A stretch of DNA of 32,000 bases from Alkalilimnicola ehrlichii MLHE-1 (GCF_000014785.1 NC_008340.1:2160001-2192000), one strand, 5' to 3'; shown: positions 18,996-27,406, counted from the first letter of the stretch. The notes: generated by a model not told the origin, from the letters alone. Translations and numbers: made by a program.

Positions 18996-20264
18996 ATGAG
19001 CAATGCCCCCTGGACGAACCCCATGCCCGAGCCGCAATTCGAGCTGATGCGGCGCATCCTGGCCGCCCCCAGCCCGGTGGGGCTGGAGGGCGCCATGACC
19101 TACGGCGTGCTCAAGCCCCACTTCGAGGGGTTCGCGCCCGCGGACTGGCACCTGCACCAGTTCAAGGGCCACGCCGGCGTGGTGCTGGATACCCACCCGG
19201 GCCGTGATGACCTGTTCAAGGTCATGGTGATCGGCCACGCGGACAAGATCCGCATGCAGGTCCGCTCCATCGGCGACGACGGCAAGATCTGGATCAACAC
19301 CGACGCCTTCCTGCCCAACGTACTGGTCGGCCACGAGGTCACGCTCTTCAGCGAGGACCCCGAGGCCCCGGGCCAATACCGGCGCATCGAGGGCGGCACC
19401 GTGGAGGCGCTGGGCGCCATCCACTTCTCCGACCCGAAGCAGCGCACCGGCGAGCAGGGCATCAAGAAAGAGCAGATCTACCTGGACCTGCAGATCCACG
19501 GCGAAAACAAAAAGCAGCAGGTGGAGAACCTGGGCGTGCGCCCCGGGGATTCGATCCTGTTCAACCGCCCCATCCGCCACGGTTTCAGCCCCGACACCTT
19601 CTATGGCGCCTACCTGGACAACGGCCTGGGCTGCTTCGTCACCGCCGAGGTGGCCCGGCTGATCGCCGAGGCCGGCGGCACGGAAAAGGTCAGGGTGTTG
19701 TTCGCCATCGCCAGCTACGAGGAGATCGGCCGCTTCGGCAGCCGGGTACTGGCCGGGGAGCTCAAGCCCGATGCCATCATCGCCGTGGACGTGAACCACG
19801 ACTACGTGGCCGCCCCCGGTATCGGCGACCGGCGCATGCAGCCGCTGGAGATGGGTAAGGGCTTCACCCTGTCGGTGGGTGCCGTGGCCAGCGAGCAGCT
19901 CAACCGGATCATCGAAAGCACCGCCAAGGCGCAACAGATCCCCATGCAGCGCGACGTTGTGGGGAACGACACCGGTACCGACGGCATGGCCGGCGTGCTC
20001 GCCTCCGTGGACTGCGTGGCCACCTCCATCGGCTTCCCGATCCGGAACATGCACACCATCTCCGAGACCGGCAACACCCGCGATGTGCTGGCGGCCATCC
20101 ACGCCATCACCCGCAGCCTGCAGGCGCTGGACGCCCTGGCGGATCCGCATCGGGAGTTCCTGGACAACCACCCACGCCTGGACCAGGCCAATTCACTGGG
20201 CCATCAGGGCGGAGAGAAGCCGGATGACGGCGAGCCGTCCACAACGCCGGAGAAAACCACCTGA
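18996..20264 (+). CDS. M42 family peptidase/hydrolase, resembling the NAGGN-associated subfamily
   Basis: M42-type metal-binding motifs VIGHADKIRMQV, YLDNGLGCFVTAEVA, ASYEEIGRFGSR, DVNHDY; subfamily call by recall. Confidence 0.82.
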   Translation: MSNAPWTNPMPEPQFELMRRILAAPSPVGLEGAMTYGVLKPHFEGFAPADWHLHQFKGHAGVVLDTHPGRDDLFKVMVIGHADKIRMQVRSIGDDGKIWINTDAFLPNVLVGHEVTLFSEDPEAPGQYRRIEGGTVEALGAIHFSDPKQRTGEQGIKKEQIYLDLQIHGENKKQQVENLGVRPGDSILFNRPIRHGFSPDTFYGAYLDNGLGCFVTAEVARLIAEAGGTEKVRVLFAIASYEEIGRFGSRVLAGELKPDAIIAVDVNHDYVAAPGIGDRRMQPLEMGKGFTLSVGAVASEQLNRIIESTAKAQQIPMQRDVVGNDTGTDGMAGVLASVDCVATSIGFPIRNMHTISETGNTRDVLAAIHAITRSLQALDALADPHREFLDNHPRLDQANSLGHQGGEKPDDGEPSTTPEKTT

Positions 20265-20387
20265 CCGAGCCCCGGTCAGGGCCGGCAAGGGCAGTCGTCC
20301 GCTGCCTGGCACGGAACCGCTCCGCCCCGTAGCCCTCCTGCTACAGGCGGTGGAGGGCTGCGGGGGCCAGCGGGGGGTGGCCACGGC

Positions 20388-21353
20388 TCAACGCCCTTGG
20401 GCCCCGCGCCGCAGCCAACCATGCACAAAGGCCAGCTTGTGGCGGGCGTGGTTTGAGAGCACGAAGGGGTAGAGATCCGGCAGCCCCATGGAGCGGTTGA
20501 CGTGGTTGACGCCCACCGAGAGCGACGCCGCGATGTGAATCAACCTGTCCGGGTCCGGCTCGGAGTAGGGATCCCAGCCCGCATGCGGAAGCTGCGGCAT
20601 TGACAGACCCGAGGCCACGAAGCTGTCGGTGATATCCGTCAGATGCAACAGGTGCGCGGCCGTCTCCGCCCAGTCCTCGTGGGGATGGGACGAGGCGTAG
20701 GTGGTGAGGTAGTACTGCCGCCACTCGGGAGGCGGGCCGTTCTCAAAATAGTACTGCAACGATGCCCGATAATCGATTCGCTCATCACCGAACATGGCGC
20801 GGAACGCGTCCAGGAAATCATTACGCAGACTCAGCCGCCACCACAGCATATGCGCGATCTCGTGGCGCATGTGGCCAATCATGGTGCGATAGGGCTCTTG
20901 CAGCGCCTCGCGCCGGGTGGCGACCAGTACCGGATCCACCTCCTCCACACTGATCGTAACCACCCCCTCGGCATGCCCCATGGGCACCGGCGTGGGGCCC
21001 TCGGCCAGCATGTGGAACACCGGCCGCGCCCCGGGGTCCTCTGGCCGGAACCAGTGCCAGCGCCCCAGGTTGTCCAGCACCCACCGCTTGGCTGCCTCCG
21101 TTTTCGCCCAGTTGGGAATCGCGTTCGGGATCGACGGGTCCGGGGCCAACGCCGTCATGGCGCAGGAGCGGCAGAAGGCCCCCTCCTCCGGCGCAATCCA
21201 GTTGCAGCCGATGACGTCCCGGTTGGCGCAGAACGGCGGCATGGGCAGGAAAGCCCGTGCCTGGGGGTCGTAAGCGACCGGGGTACCGTCGGCGGTGGCC
21301 AAGTTATCGAACCAAAGCGAGCCCCCACCGACCGGGTTGGCGAACACGCGCAT
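20388..21353 (-). CDS. Putative zinc-binding metallopeptidase (Peptidase_Mx-like)
   Basis: N-terminal Cys cluster (PFCANRDVIGCNWIAPEEGAFCRSCAMT) and HExxH in MIGHMRHEIAHMLWW, followed by ASSHPHEDWAETAAHLLHL. Confidence 0.82.
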   Translation of the reverse strand: MRVFANPVGGGSLWFDNLATADGTPVAYDPQARAFLPMPPFCANRDVIGCNWIAPEEGAFCRSCAMTALAPDPSIPNAIPNWAKTEAAKRWVLDNLGRWHWFRPEDPGARPVFHMLAEGPTPVPMGHAEGVVTISVEEVDPVLVATRREALQEPYRTMIGHMRHEIAHMLWWRLSLRNDFLDAFRAMFGDERIDYRASLQYYFENGPPPEWRQYYLTTYASSHPHEDWAETAAHLLHLTDITDSFVASGLSMPQLPHAGWDPYSEPDPDRLIHIAASLSVGVNHVNRSMGLPDLYPFVLSNHARHKLAFVHGWLRRGAQGR

Positions 21354-21593
21354 GCGCAGGACTCCTGCCAGGTGATGTCACCCACCATACTGGGCGGTGC
21401 AGGCCGATCCGTCCACCCGCCCCTGGCAAAGACCGGATTCAACAGCGGAGAACGCCTCGGAATCACCCCGAGGCGCTCCGCGCACCAAGAGCAACGCCTG
21501 CGGCAAAAGGCCTTGAGCAAAGCCATCTCCGGTCATTGCGCGCCCTGCCGCCCGCTGCGCAGGCCCGAATGAACGAATAACGGCGTACCCCCA

Positions 21594-21650
21594 TCATCGC
21601 GAGGGCCGAAGGCTTTCCCCCGGTCATCGCGAGGGCCGAACGCTTTCCCC
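21594..21650 (+). repeat. Tandem partial units of the dispersed repeat end
   Basis: Two about 30-bp units (C)ATCGCGAGGGCCGAA(G/C)GCTTTCCCC(C) preceding copy B. Confidence 0.8.
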
Positions 21651-21735
21651 CGTCATCGCGAGGGCCGAAGGCCCGTGGCGATCCAGGGCGGTAGACTGCC
21701 ACGTCGGCTTCGCCTCCTCGCAGTGACGGTGGGGG
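21648..21735 (+). repeat. Dispersed palindromic repeat, copy B
   Basis: CCCCCGTCATCGCGAGGGCCGAAGGCCCGTGGCGATCCAGGGCGGTAGACTGCCACGTCGGCTTCGCCTCCTCGCAGTGACGGTGGGG. Confidence 0.9.
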
Positions 21736-21786
21736 CGACCTTCCGCTTCCGGCACAGTCCAGTTCTTCAAGAGGGCCGAACGCTTT

Positions 21787-21874
21787 CCCCCGTCATCGCG
21801 AGGGCCGAAGGCCCGCGGCGATCCAGGGCGGTAGACTGCCACGTCGGCTTCGCCTCCTCGCAGCGACGGTGGGG
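21787..21874 (+). repeat. Dispersed palindromic repeat, copy C
   Basis: Same sequence as copy B with CGTGGC to CGCGGC and AGTGACG to AGCGACG changes. Confidence 0.9.
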
Positions 21875-21921
21875 CGGCCTACCCTTTGCTCCTCGCCGTG
21901 ACAACTTAATTCAGCGTCTCC

Positions 21922-23220
21922 CTAGACGTAGAAGTCCAACTCCTCCTGGGCCCTGAGCAGCTCCCGCATCGTGATCGGGTCGTCGCCGAAGAAGAATATG
22001 AGCCCCCAGTGGGTGCCGAACGCCGAGCGCTCCGGCACCGTCTCTTCGGCCGGCGCGACCAGTTCGTGCGATTCGAAATAGGGGTGCTCTATGGTCTCCT
22101 TGGGCATTTCCAGCTTGCTGACAACCCGGCGGCGCGGATACACCCCGAAGCAGCCCGCGTAGCCCTTCGCGTCGACCACCTCGCGCGGGAAGAAGGCATT
22201 CACCTCCTCCTCGGTGCTCTTGGGGTCGAAGACCAGCATCGATGCCTGATAGGCATTGAACCCGTAGGCACGCTCGATAAGCTCGAAGGCCTTGAACCCG
22301 GGCGGGCGATAAGCGACCTCGCCGAAGTACATCTCACCGTCCGCGGTCACGAAATACTCTGGATGAATCAGCCCGAACTGGATATCGAACGTCTTGATCA
22401 ACTTCTCGATTTGCTTGGTAACCGCGTCGCGCCAGCTCTCAAGCTCCTTGGTGGCGGGAACGAATACCGAATAGCCCAGAGTCACGTACTCGGAGATATT
22501 GAGGAACTTGATCTTGCCATCGTGAATCCAGGCCTCGACAGCAAACTCCCAGCCATCAAGGTGGCTTTCCATCAGCAAGGGATACTCTTCGTCCGGAATG
22601 TGGTCGATCTCTTCCACGCTTTTGATCATCCGGTGCCCAAGGCAACCCGCCTTGTCGAATGCCTTGAGGTGAATCGGGTCATCGGGATCGCCATCAAGCT
22701 TGAGCAGCGTCTGGTTAACGCGCTTCATGAAACGAATGACGTCCTCTTTCTCGTGGGCTTCCTCGAATATCCCCACACGAATACCACCAAGCTGGGCACG
22801 ACGTTTCATCAACGCCTTGTCACGGAATAGGATAGACTGCCCGTAAATGCGGGGATTACCTAACAGAACGGAATTGATTGCGCCCGCCCATTCAACCGTC
22901 TCCTCGAACAGTGGAATGGCGACATCAACGCCCTCTTCCTTGAGCACTTCGGCAATCTCCAGGGAACGGTCATTCAGGCGCAAGAAATCCCAGCGAACAT
23001 ACGGAATCTTGTTTGCCTTGCAGAAATCCTCAGCCCAATCAGGCGCAACAACCACATAACGACGGTCGAATTTCTGCGCCGCCTTGATGGCATTAACACT
23101 CCAGCCCAGAAGGGCGATGTAGCCCTTATTGGGATCCTTGGGCGTTTCCGTTCCGCGCACCGAATCCAGCGTTGGATCCACCCAGGATGAAAGGTCTGTA
23201 TTTTCCGGAGCTGCTGCCAT
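21922..23220 (-). CDS. ATP-grasp domain-containing protein of unknown substrate
   Basis: 432 aa; ATP-grasp-like core LLMESHLDGWEFAVEAWIHDGKIKFLNISEYV and GLIHPEYFVTADGEMYFGEVAYRPPG. Confidence 0.75.
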   Translation of the reverse strand: MAAAPENTDLSSWVDPTLDSVRGTETPKDPNKGYIALLGWSVNAIKAAQKFDRRYVVVAPDWAEDFCKANKIPYVRWDFLRLNDRSLEIAEVLKEEGVDVAIPLFEETVEWAGAINSVLLGNPRIYGQSILFRDKALMKRRAQLGGIRVGIFEEAHEKEDVIRFMKRVNQTLLKLDGDPDDPIHLKAFDKAGCLGHRMIKSVEEIDHIPDEEYPLLMESHLDGWEFAVEAWIHDGKIKFLNISEYVTLGYSVFVPATKELESWRDAVTKQIEKLIKTFDIQFGLIHPEYFVTADGEMYFGEVAYRPPGFKAFELIERAYGFNAYQASMLVFDPKSTEEEVNAFFPREVVDAKGYAGCFGVYPRRRVVSKLEMPKETIEHPYFESHELVAPAEETVPERSAFGTHWGLIFFFGDDPITMRELLRAQEELDFYV

Positions 23221-23498
23221 TGGACGTACCCCTTACTGTTTTAAGAAAAATCGTGCACTGCAGCCCGATTTTCCACGGGTCACACCACCAGGTGCTCAAC
23301 GGCTCAATGAAAAAGGCCCCGGTCTGATGCTTGGATTAACTGCCTGCTTTGTCCGAACAGTCTAGTCAAAGTGAGGGCGTCGGCAACATAAACCCGCTTT
23401 TTCCCTTTTGCCCCAATGCCCTAGGCATGGAGTAGGAAGGTCCATCTGCCTCTCCCCGGATGGTTGCATGGCCCCATCCGGGCAGGCAGGGACGCTGA

Positions 23499-24395
23499 TC
23501 AGTTATCGGTCAAATGGGAAGGTGGCCGTGCGGCTCTGGAATGCACGCTCAGCGCCGTCACCGTAACCAATATCAGCGCCATGCCCAAGACTTGCATTGC
23601 CACCAGGCTCTCGCTCAAGACCACGACGCCGAACAAGGACGCGGTCACCGGCTCCACCATGGCCACGATCGAGGCCACCGCCGGGGCCGTATGGTTCAGG
23701 CCGATGATATAGAGCACGAACGACAATCCTGCGCCGAGCACGCCCAGTGCCACGAACCACGGCCAGTCCGGCGTGCTCAGGGCAACGACCATCTGCCCGG
23801 CATCGCCCGGCCAGATCAGGATGACGGCCAGTACCGCAAACGCAATGCAGAGAATCGCCTGCGGGCTGCCGTGCGGCGCCGCATACTTGAATCCGAAGAT
23901 GAAGATCGCGTAGGACAGCCCGGACAGCAGCCCGGCGCCCACGCCAATCGCCGTCAGACCGCTGCCACTGATGTCGTAGATCTGCGTCAGCAGCGCGATG
24001 CCCACCATGACCACCGCGATCGCGGCCCACTTCAGGGTGGTGGGGCGTTCCAGCTTCAGCGCGAACGAGACGAGGTACACGAACACCGGCGCGCAGTACA
24101 TCAACGTCGCCGCCACCGCCACGCTGCCGTTCGCGATGCTCAGGAAATAGAACGAGAAGTTGCCGGCCACGCCGAGCCCGGCCACCGCCGACCAGAACCA
24201 CAGCCGGCGATTGCCCAGCCCACTGCCCTGCGGGCGCAGCATCAGCCAGGCGAGAACGCACAGCAAGCCGATCGCGCCCCGGTAGAAGGAGACGACGAAC
24301 GGGTCCCAGCCATCGGCCATGAGGATTCCGCCGATACCGCCGGACAACCCCCAGAAAAGCGCCGCCATTGCGACGAAAGCCGTGCTCGCACCCAT
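23499..24395 (-). CDS. EamA/DMT family transporter
   Basis: MGASTAFVAMAALFWGLSGGIGG start; about 10 hydrophobic segments; SYAIFIFGFKYAA, HTAPAVASIVAMVEPVTASLFGVVVLSE motif. Confidence 0.88.
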   Translation of the reverse strand: MGASTAFVAMAALFWGLSGGIGGILMADGWDPFVVSFYRGAIGLLCVLAWLMLRPQGSGLGNRRLWFWSAVAGLGVAGNFSFYFLSIANGSVAVAATLMYCAPVFVYLVSFALKLERPTTLKWAAIAVVMVGIALLTQIYDISGSGLTAIGVGAGLLSGLSYAIFIFGFKYAAPHGSPQAILCIAFAVLAVILIWPGDAGQMVVALSTPDWPWFVALGVLGAGLSFVLYIIGLNHTAPAVASIVAMVEPVTASLFGVVVLSESLVAMQVLGMALILVTVTALSVHSRAARPPSHLTDN

Positions 24396-24650
24396 TATTT
24401 GATCTCGCTCGTTGGTAATGGATTCAAGACCGCCCGGTGGCCGGGTCCGCATAGGCACCCCGCGAGCCCCGGTGTCAGACCGAACCGTTACGGCTCACAG
24501 CCCCGGCGAGGTCGCGGTGCCCCTCACGCTGCACCTTTTCAGGAGACCGGCATGATACAGATTTGGCACGGGGCTTTGGTGCCCGGCACGATGTGATCCC
24601 GCCGCCGTTTGCCATGCGCCCCTTTCAAAGGCAGGGTGCGCGCCGTCACG

Positions 24651-25190
24651 CTATCGACCCTGCTCAATATAGGCCCGCCGGCCACCGAAATCCGTCACGT
24701 CGCGGGCACCCTCCAGGGCGTACCCCTCGCACACGAAGCCGTTCACCCAGCGGCCGTCCGCCAGTTCCACCTTGCCGATCCCCAACGGCGACGGGATAAG
24801 GTCCACGAGCGAGCCGAAGGCGTGGGCCGGCATCCGCCAGACCTCCAGCACGATGGACCGCCCGCTGTCGTCGCCCACCCGGCGCAGGCCCGGCTTGGGC
24901 GGGGTCGTGTCCGGCAGGGCGTGCAGGCGATAGCGCGGTGCGGTGGTGGGCTCGCTTTCCGGCGTCACCGCCTGCTCCACGGGGCGGGGCCGGTCGGTGG
25001 CACCCAAGGGGGTGGGCTGGTGGTTCAGCCACTCGGTGGCCAGGGCCTGGAGCTCACCGTCCTTCCAGGCGCCGCTGATCAGGGTGCCCCCGAAAGGCAG
25101 GCCATCCGCACGGAACCCGGCGGGCACCGACAGGGCGCAGAAGTCCGCCAGGTTGACGAAGTTGGTGTAGGTGCCCATCCGGCTGTTCAC
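24651..25190 (-). pseudogene. Allophanate hydrolase, C-terminal remnant only
   Basis: NSRMGTYTNFVNLADFCALSVPAGFRADGLPFGGTLI plus C-terminal domain LPDTTPPKPGLRRVGDDSGRSIVLEVWRMPAHAFGSLVDLIPSPLGIGKVELADGRWVNGFVCEGYAL; most of the amidase domain is missing. Confidence 0.85.
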
Positions 25191-25201
25191 ACCCACCGGG
25201 T

Positions 25202-25350
25202 CCCCTCGCACAGCACCCGCCGCACCACCCCGGCCCGTTCAGCGGCCAAGGGGATTTCCATCTTCATGGATTCCAGCACCGTAGCCGATGCCCTCGGCGG
25301 CCTGCAGGGCCACGTCCAGGTCCTCCCGCCGTTTTCGTTCTGGCGGCCAG
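25202..25350 (-). pseudogene. Urea carboxylase remnant: short biotin-carboxylase-like scrap joined to biotinyl-domain scrap
   Basis: Minus strand encodes TVLESMKMEIPLAAERAGVVRRVLCEG (25202-25282); immediately upstream in another frame EDLDVALQAAEGIGYGAG. Confidence 0.72.
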
Positions 25351-25382
25351 GGTCGTCCCCGGCCCGGGATGTCCGGTCCGGG

Positions 25383-25970
25383 TCAGTCCCAGATGATCAT
25401 CTCGATGGGGGTCGGGTTGTAGGCGTTACAGGGGTTGTTGAGCTGCGGGCAGTTGGAGACCAGCACGATCACGTCCATCTCGGCACGCATCTCCACGTAC
25501 TTGCCCGGCGCCGAGATGCCGTCCTCGAACGTCAGCCCCCCGTCCGGCGTCAGCGGGACGTTCATGAAGAAGTTGATGTTGCTGACAATATCCCGCTTGG
25601 TGAGGCCGTAGTGGCTCTCCTGGATGGCGAGCAGGTAGTTGTCGCGGCAGGAGTGCATGGGTTTCTTGTCCAGGGCGTAGCGCACCTGGTTGGACTCGGC
25701 CGCGCAGGCCCCGCCCAGGGTGTCGTGGCGGCCGCAGGTGTCGGCGGTGAGGGTGAGCATGACGTTGCCCTCGTTGGACATCAGCCGGCTGCCGGTGGTC
25801 AGGTAGACGTTGCCCTGGGCGCGGATGTCTTCGGCGGTGGTGATGCCGCCGATGGGGTCGTGCCAGCCCAATGTCTCGTCCACCATGGAGAGCAGCACCC
25901 CGCCCATGTCCGAATAGAGCATGTTGCCCTTGCGCAGGCGGGCGGTGTGCTGGCCCTTGAGGGTGTCGGC
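25383..25970 (-). pseudogene. Chimeric remnant of two urea carboxylase-associated DUF1989 proteins
   Basis: [41 protein letters not shown] fused to [49 protein letters not shown]...[23 protein letters not shown]; the two stretches are homologous to each other. Confidence 0.75.
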
Positions 25971-25971
25971 C

Positions 25972-26175
25972 GTCGGCGAGACCCACCGCCTCCAGCATGG
26001 CCTCGGCCTGCGCCCGGGCCTTGCGGCGGGCGCCGCCGAACAGCCGGCCGAGAAAGCGCGACTGGGTGAACTCCATGGCCAGCATGACGTTGCGCAGGGC
26101 GGTCAGGTGGGGGAAGACCGAGTACTTCTGGAAGACCACGCCCCGGTCGGGCCCCGGTTCGTCGGGCATGGGCTC
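25972..26175 (-). pseudogene. Urea/NitT-type ABC transporter ATP-binding protein, internal remnant
   Basis: [61 protein letters not shown]; no Walker A, no signature motif, no Walker B. Confidence 0.8.
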
Positions 26176-26622
26176 GCCGTCGGGGAACTGGATACCGACG
26201 AAGTCGGGGTTCGGGGCGCGCTCGCCCAGCAGGCCGTGATCGAAGGCGAACTGGCGGACGCTCTCCATGGTCTCCGGGGGCTGCTCGCCGGTGATGAAGG
26301 TCACCGCGACGGCCGCCGAGTGGAAGAACTCAGTGGAGGCCAGTTGCGCCTCGTAGCCCGCCAGGTCGGTGCCGGCGGCATCGCCCATGTCGGCGCGGGC
26401 CCGCTCACCCACTTCGTCCTCGCGGATGTCCCGCTCGGTCATGTCCACAGACTCCAGCGCCCGGGCCAGCAGGTAGTGGGAGACGGAGAGCTCCACCAGG
26501 TGCACACGCTGGCCGGCGATGTCGGCGAGCCGGTCGGTGTCCTTGAGCACCACGCCGTCGTTGCCGGCGGAGAAGTCGCCGATGATCAGCGCCGTGGTGT
26601 CCACCCCGCCCCAGTGCACCAC
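26176..26622 (-). pseudogene. Urea ABC transporter substrate-binding protein remnant, in frame with the ATPase remnant
   Basis: GGVDTTALIIGDFSAGNDGVVLKD...LADIAGQRVHLVELSVSHYLLARALE, then AAGTDLAGYEAQLASTEFF...RQFAFDHGLLGERAPNPDFVGIQFPDG; N-terminus and a middle section are missing. Confidence 0.78.
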
Positions 26623-26687
26623 TGATGCCCCTTCGCACTGCGACGGTGCGACACCAGGCGGGCGCCATTTTCATACTTGCCTACTTG

Positions 26688-26732
26688 GTTTTGATTCGCT
26701 ACTATCTGTCTAACTCGTTTCGATTCAAAACG
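26688..26732. promoter_or_regulatory. Candidate MarR-type operator
   Basis: Near-perfect arms GTTTTGATTCG (26688-26698) and CGATTCAAAAC (26721-26731), 10 of 11 complementary; inner CGTTT-N7-AAACG at 26716-26732 just before the regulator ATG. Confidence 0.35.
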
Positions 26733-26742
26733 GACAAGCCCT

Positions 26743-27315
26743 ATGCCCTCTGGTCTGCAACCTGCTGTCGTCGGTGCCCTGATGCGCTACTTGGTGCGCG
26801 TCGGCGAGAGCAATCTCTCGCACGATCAGGTCACGCCGCTGCAATGGATCGCGCTGAACTACTTCGCGATCGCCAACCCGGCATCGCGCACGGTGTCCGG
26901 CTTCGCGGCGTACAACGCCACCTCCAAGGGGACGGCCTCTCAGGTGGTCAATGTATTGGAGCGGCGTGGGCTGGTGAGCAAAACCCGCTCCAGCGAGGAC
27001 GGGCGAAGCACGCGGATCACGGTCACCGAGAGCGGTGCCCGGGCGCTTAGGGACCACCCTGAAAACCGGTTGAACGAGGCGATCGGCCACCTTCCGCCGG
27101 CCGATCAGGCGGCGCTGGAGCGCATCGTCTCCGGGCTGCTGACCGAGCTGGAGACCGATAACCCGCAGCTGACGGTCGGCACCTGCCATGACTGTAGCTG
27201 TCTTGGGGCGAACGGTAAGGACGAGGCCTTCTACTGCTGGCGGAAGGAACAGACCTTGCAGCGAAAAGACCTGAACCAGATTTGTATCCAGCACGAACCG
27301 GTGGCCGACCGATGA
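26743..27315 (+). CDS. MarR-family transcriptional regulator with C-terminal cysteine-rich extension
   Basis: wHTH core TPLQWIALNYFA...GTASQVVNVLERRGLVSKTRSSEDGRSTRITVTESG; tail GTCHDCSCLGANGKDEAFYCWRKEQTLQRKDLNQICIQHEP. Confidence 0.85.
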   Translation: MPSGLQPAVVGALMRYLVRVGESNLSHDQVTPLQWIALNYFAIANPASRTVSGFAAYNATSKGTASQVVNVLERRGLVSKTRSSEDGRSTRITVTESGARALRDHPENRLNEAIGHLPPADQAALERIVSGLLTELETDNPQLTVGTCHDCSCLGANGKDEAFYCWRKEQTLQRKDLNQICIQHEPVADR

Positions 27316-27406
27316 CGATAAAGCTGTTGGCCGACTGCCGGCGCATCGCGCCAGCAACAGTCACCAACCGCACCCGAAAAACCGCCGCACCAGATTAGGG
27401 GGCACC

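Noticed and set aside
21155-21526. 123-aa minus-strand ORF overlapping the metallopeptidase 5' end
   Set aside because: The metallopeptidase ORF explains the coding signal; the ORF has no family features.
21463-21956. Short ORFs over the repeat cluster (for example VYRPGSPRAFGPRDDGG...)
   Set aside because: These are translations of the dispersed palindromic repeat, a common source of spurious protein predictions.
24651-26622. Functional urea utilisation operon
   Set aside because: All recognisable genes are truncated: no Walker A/B, no permease, no carboxylase body, no amidase core. It is therefore treated as a remnant, not an operon.
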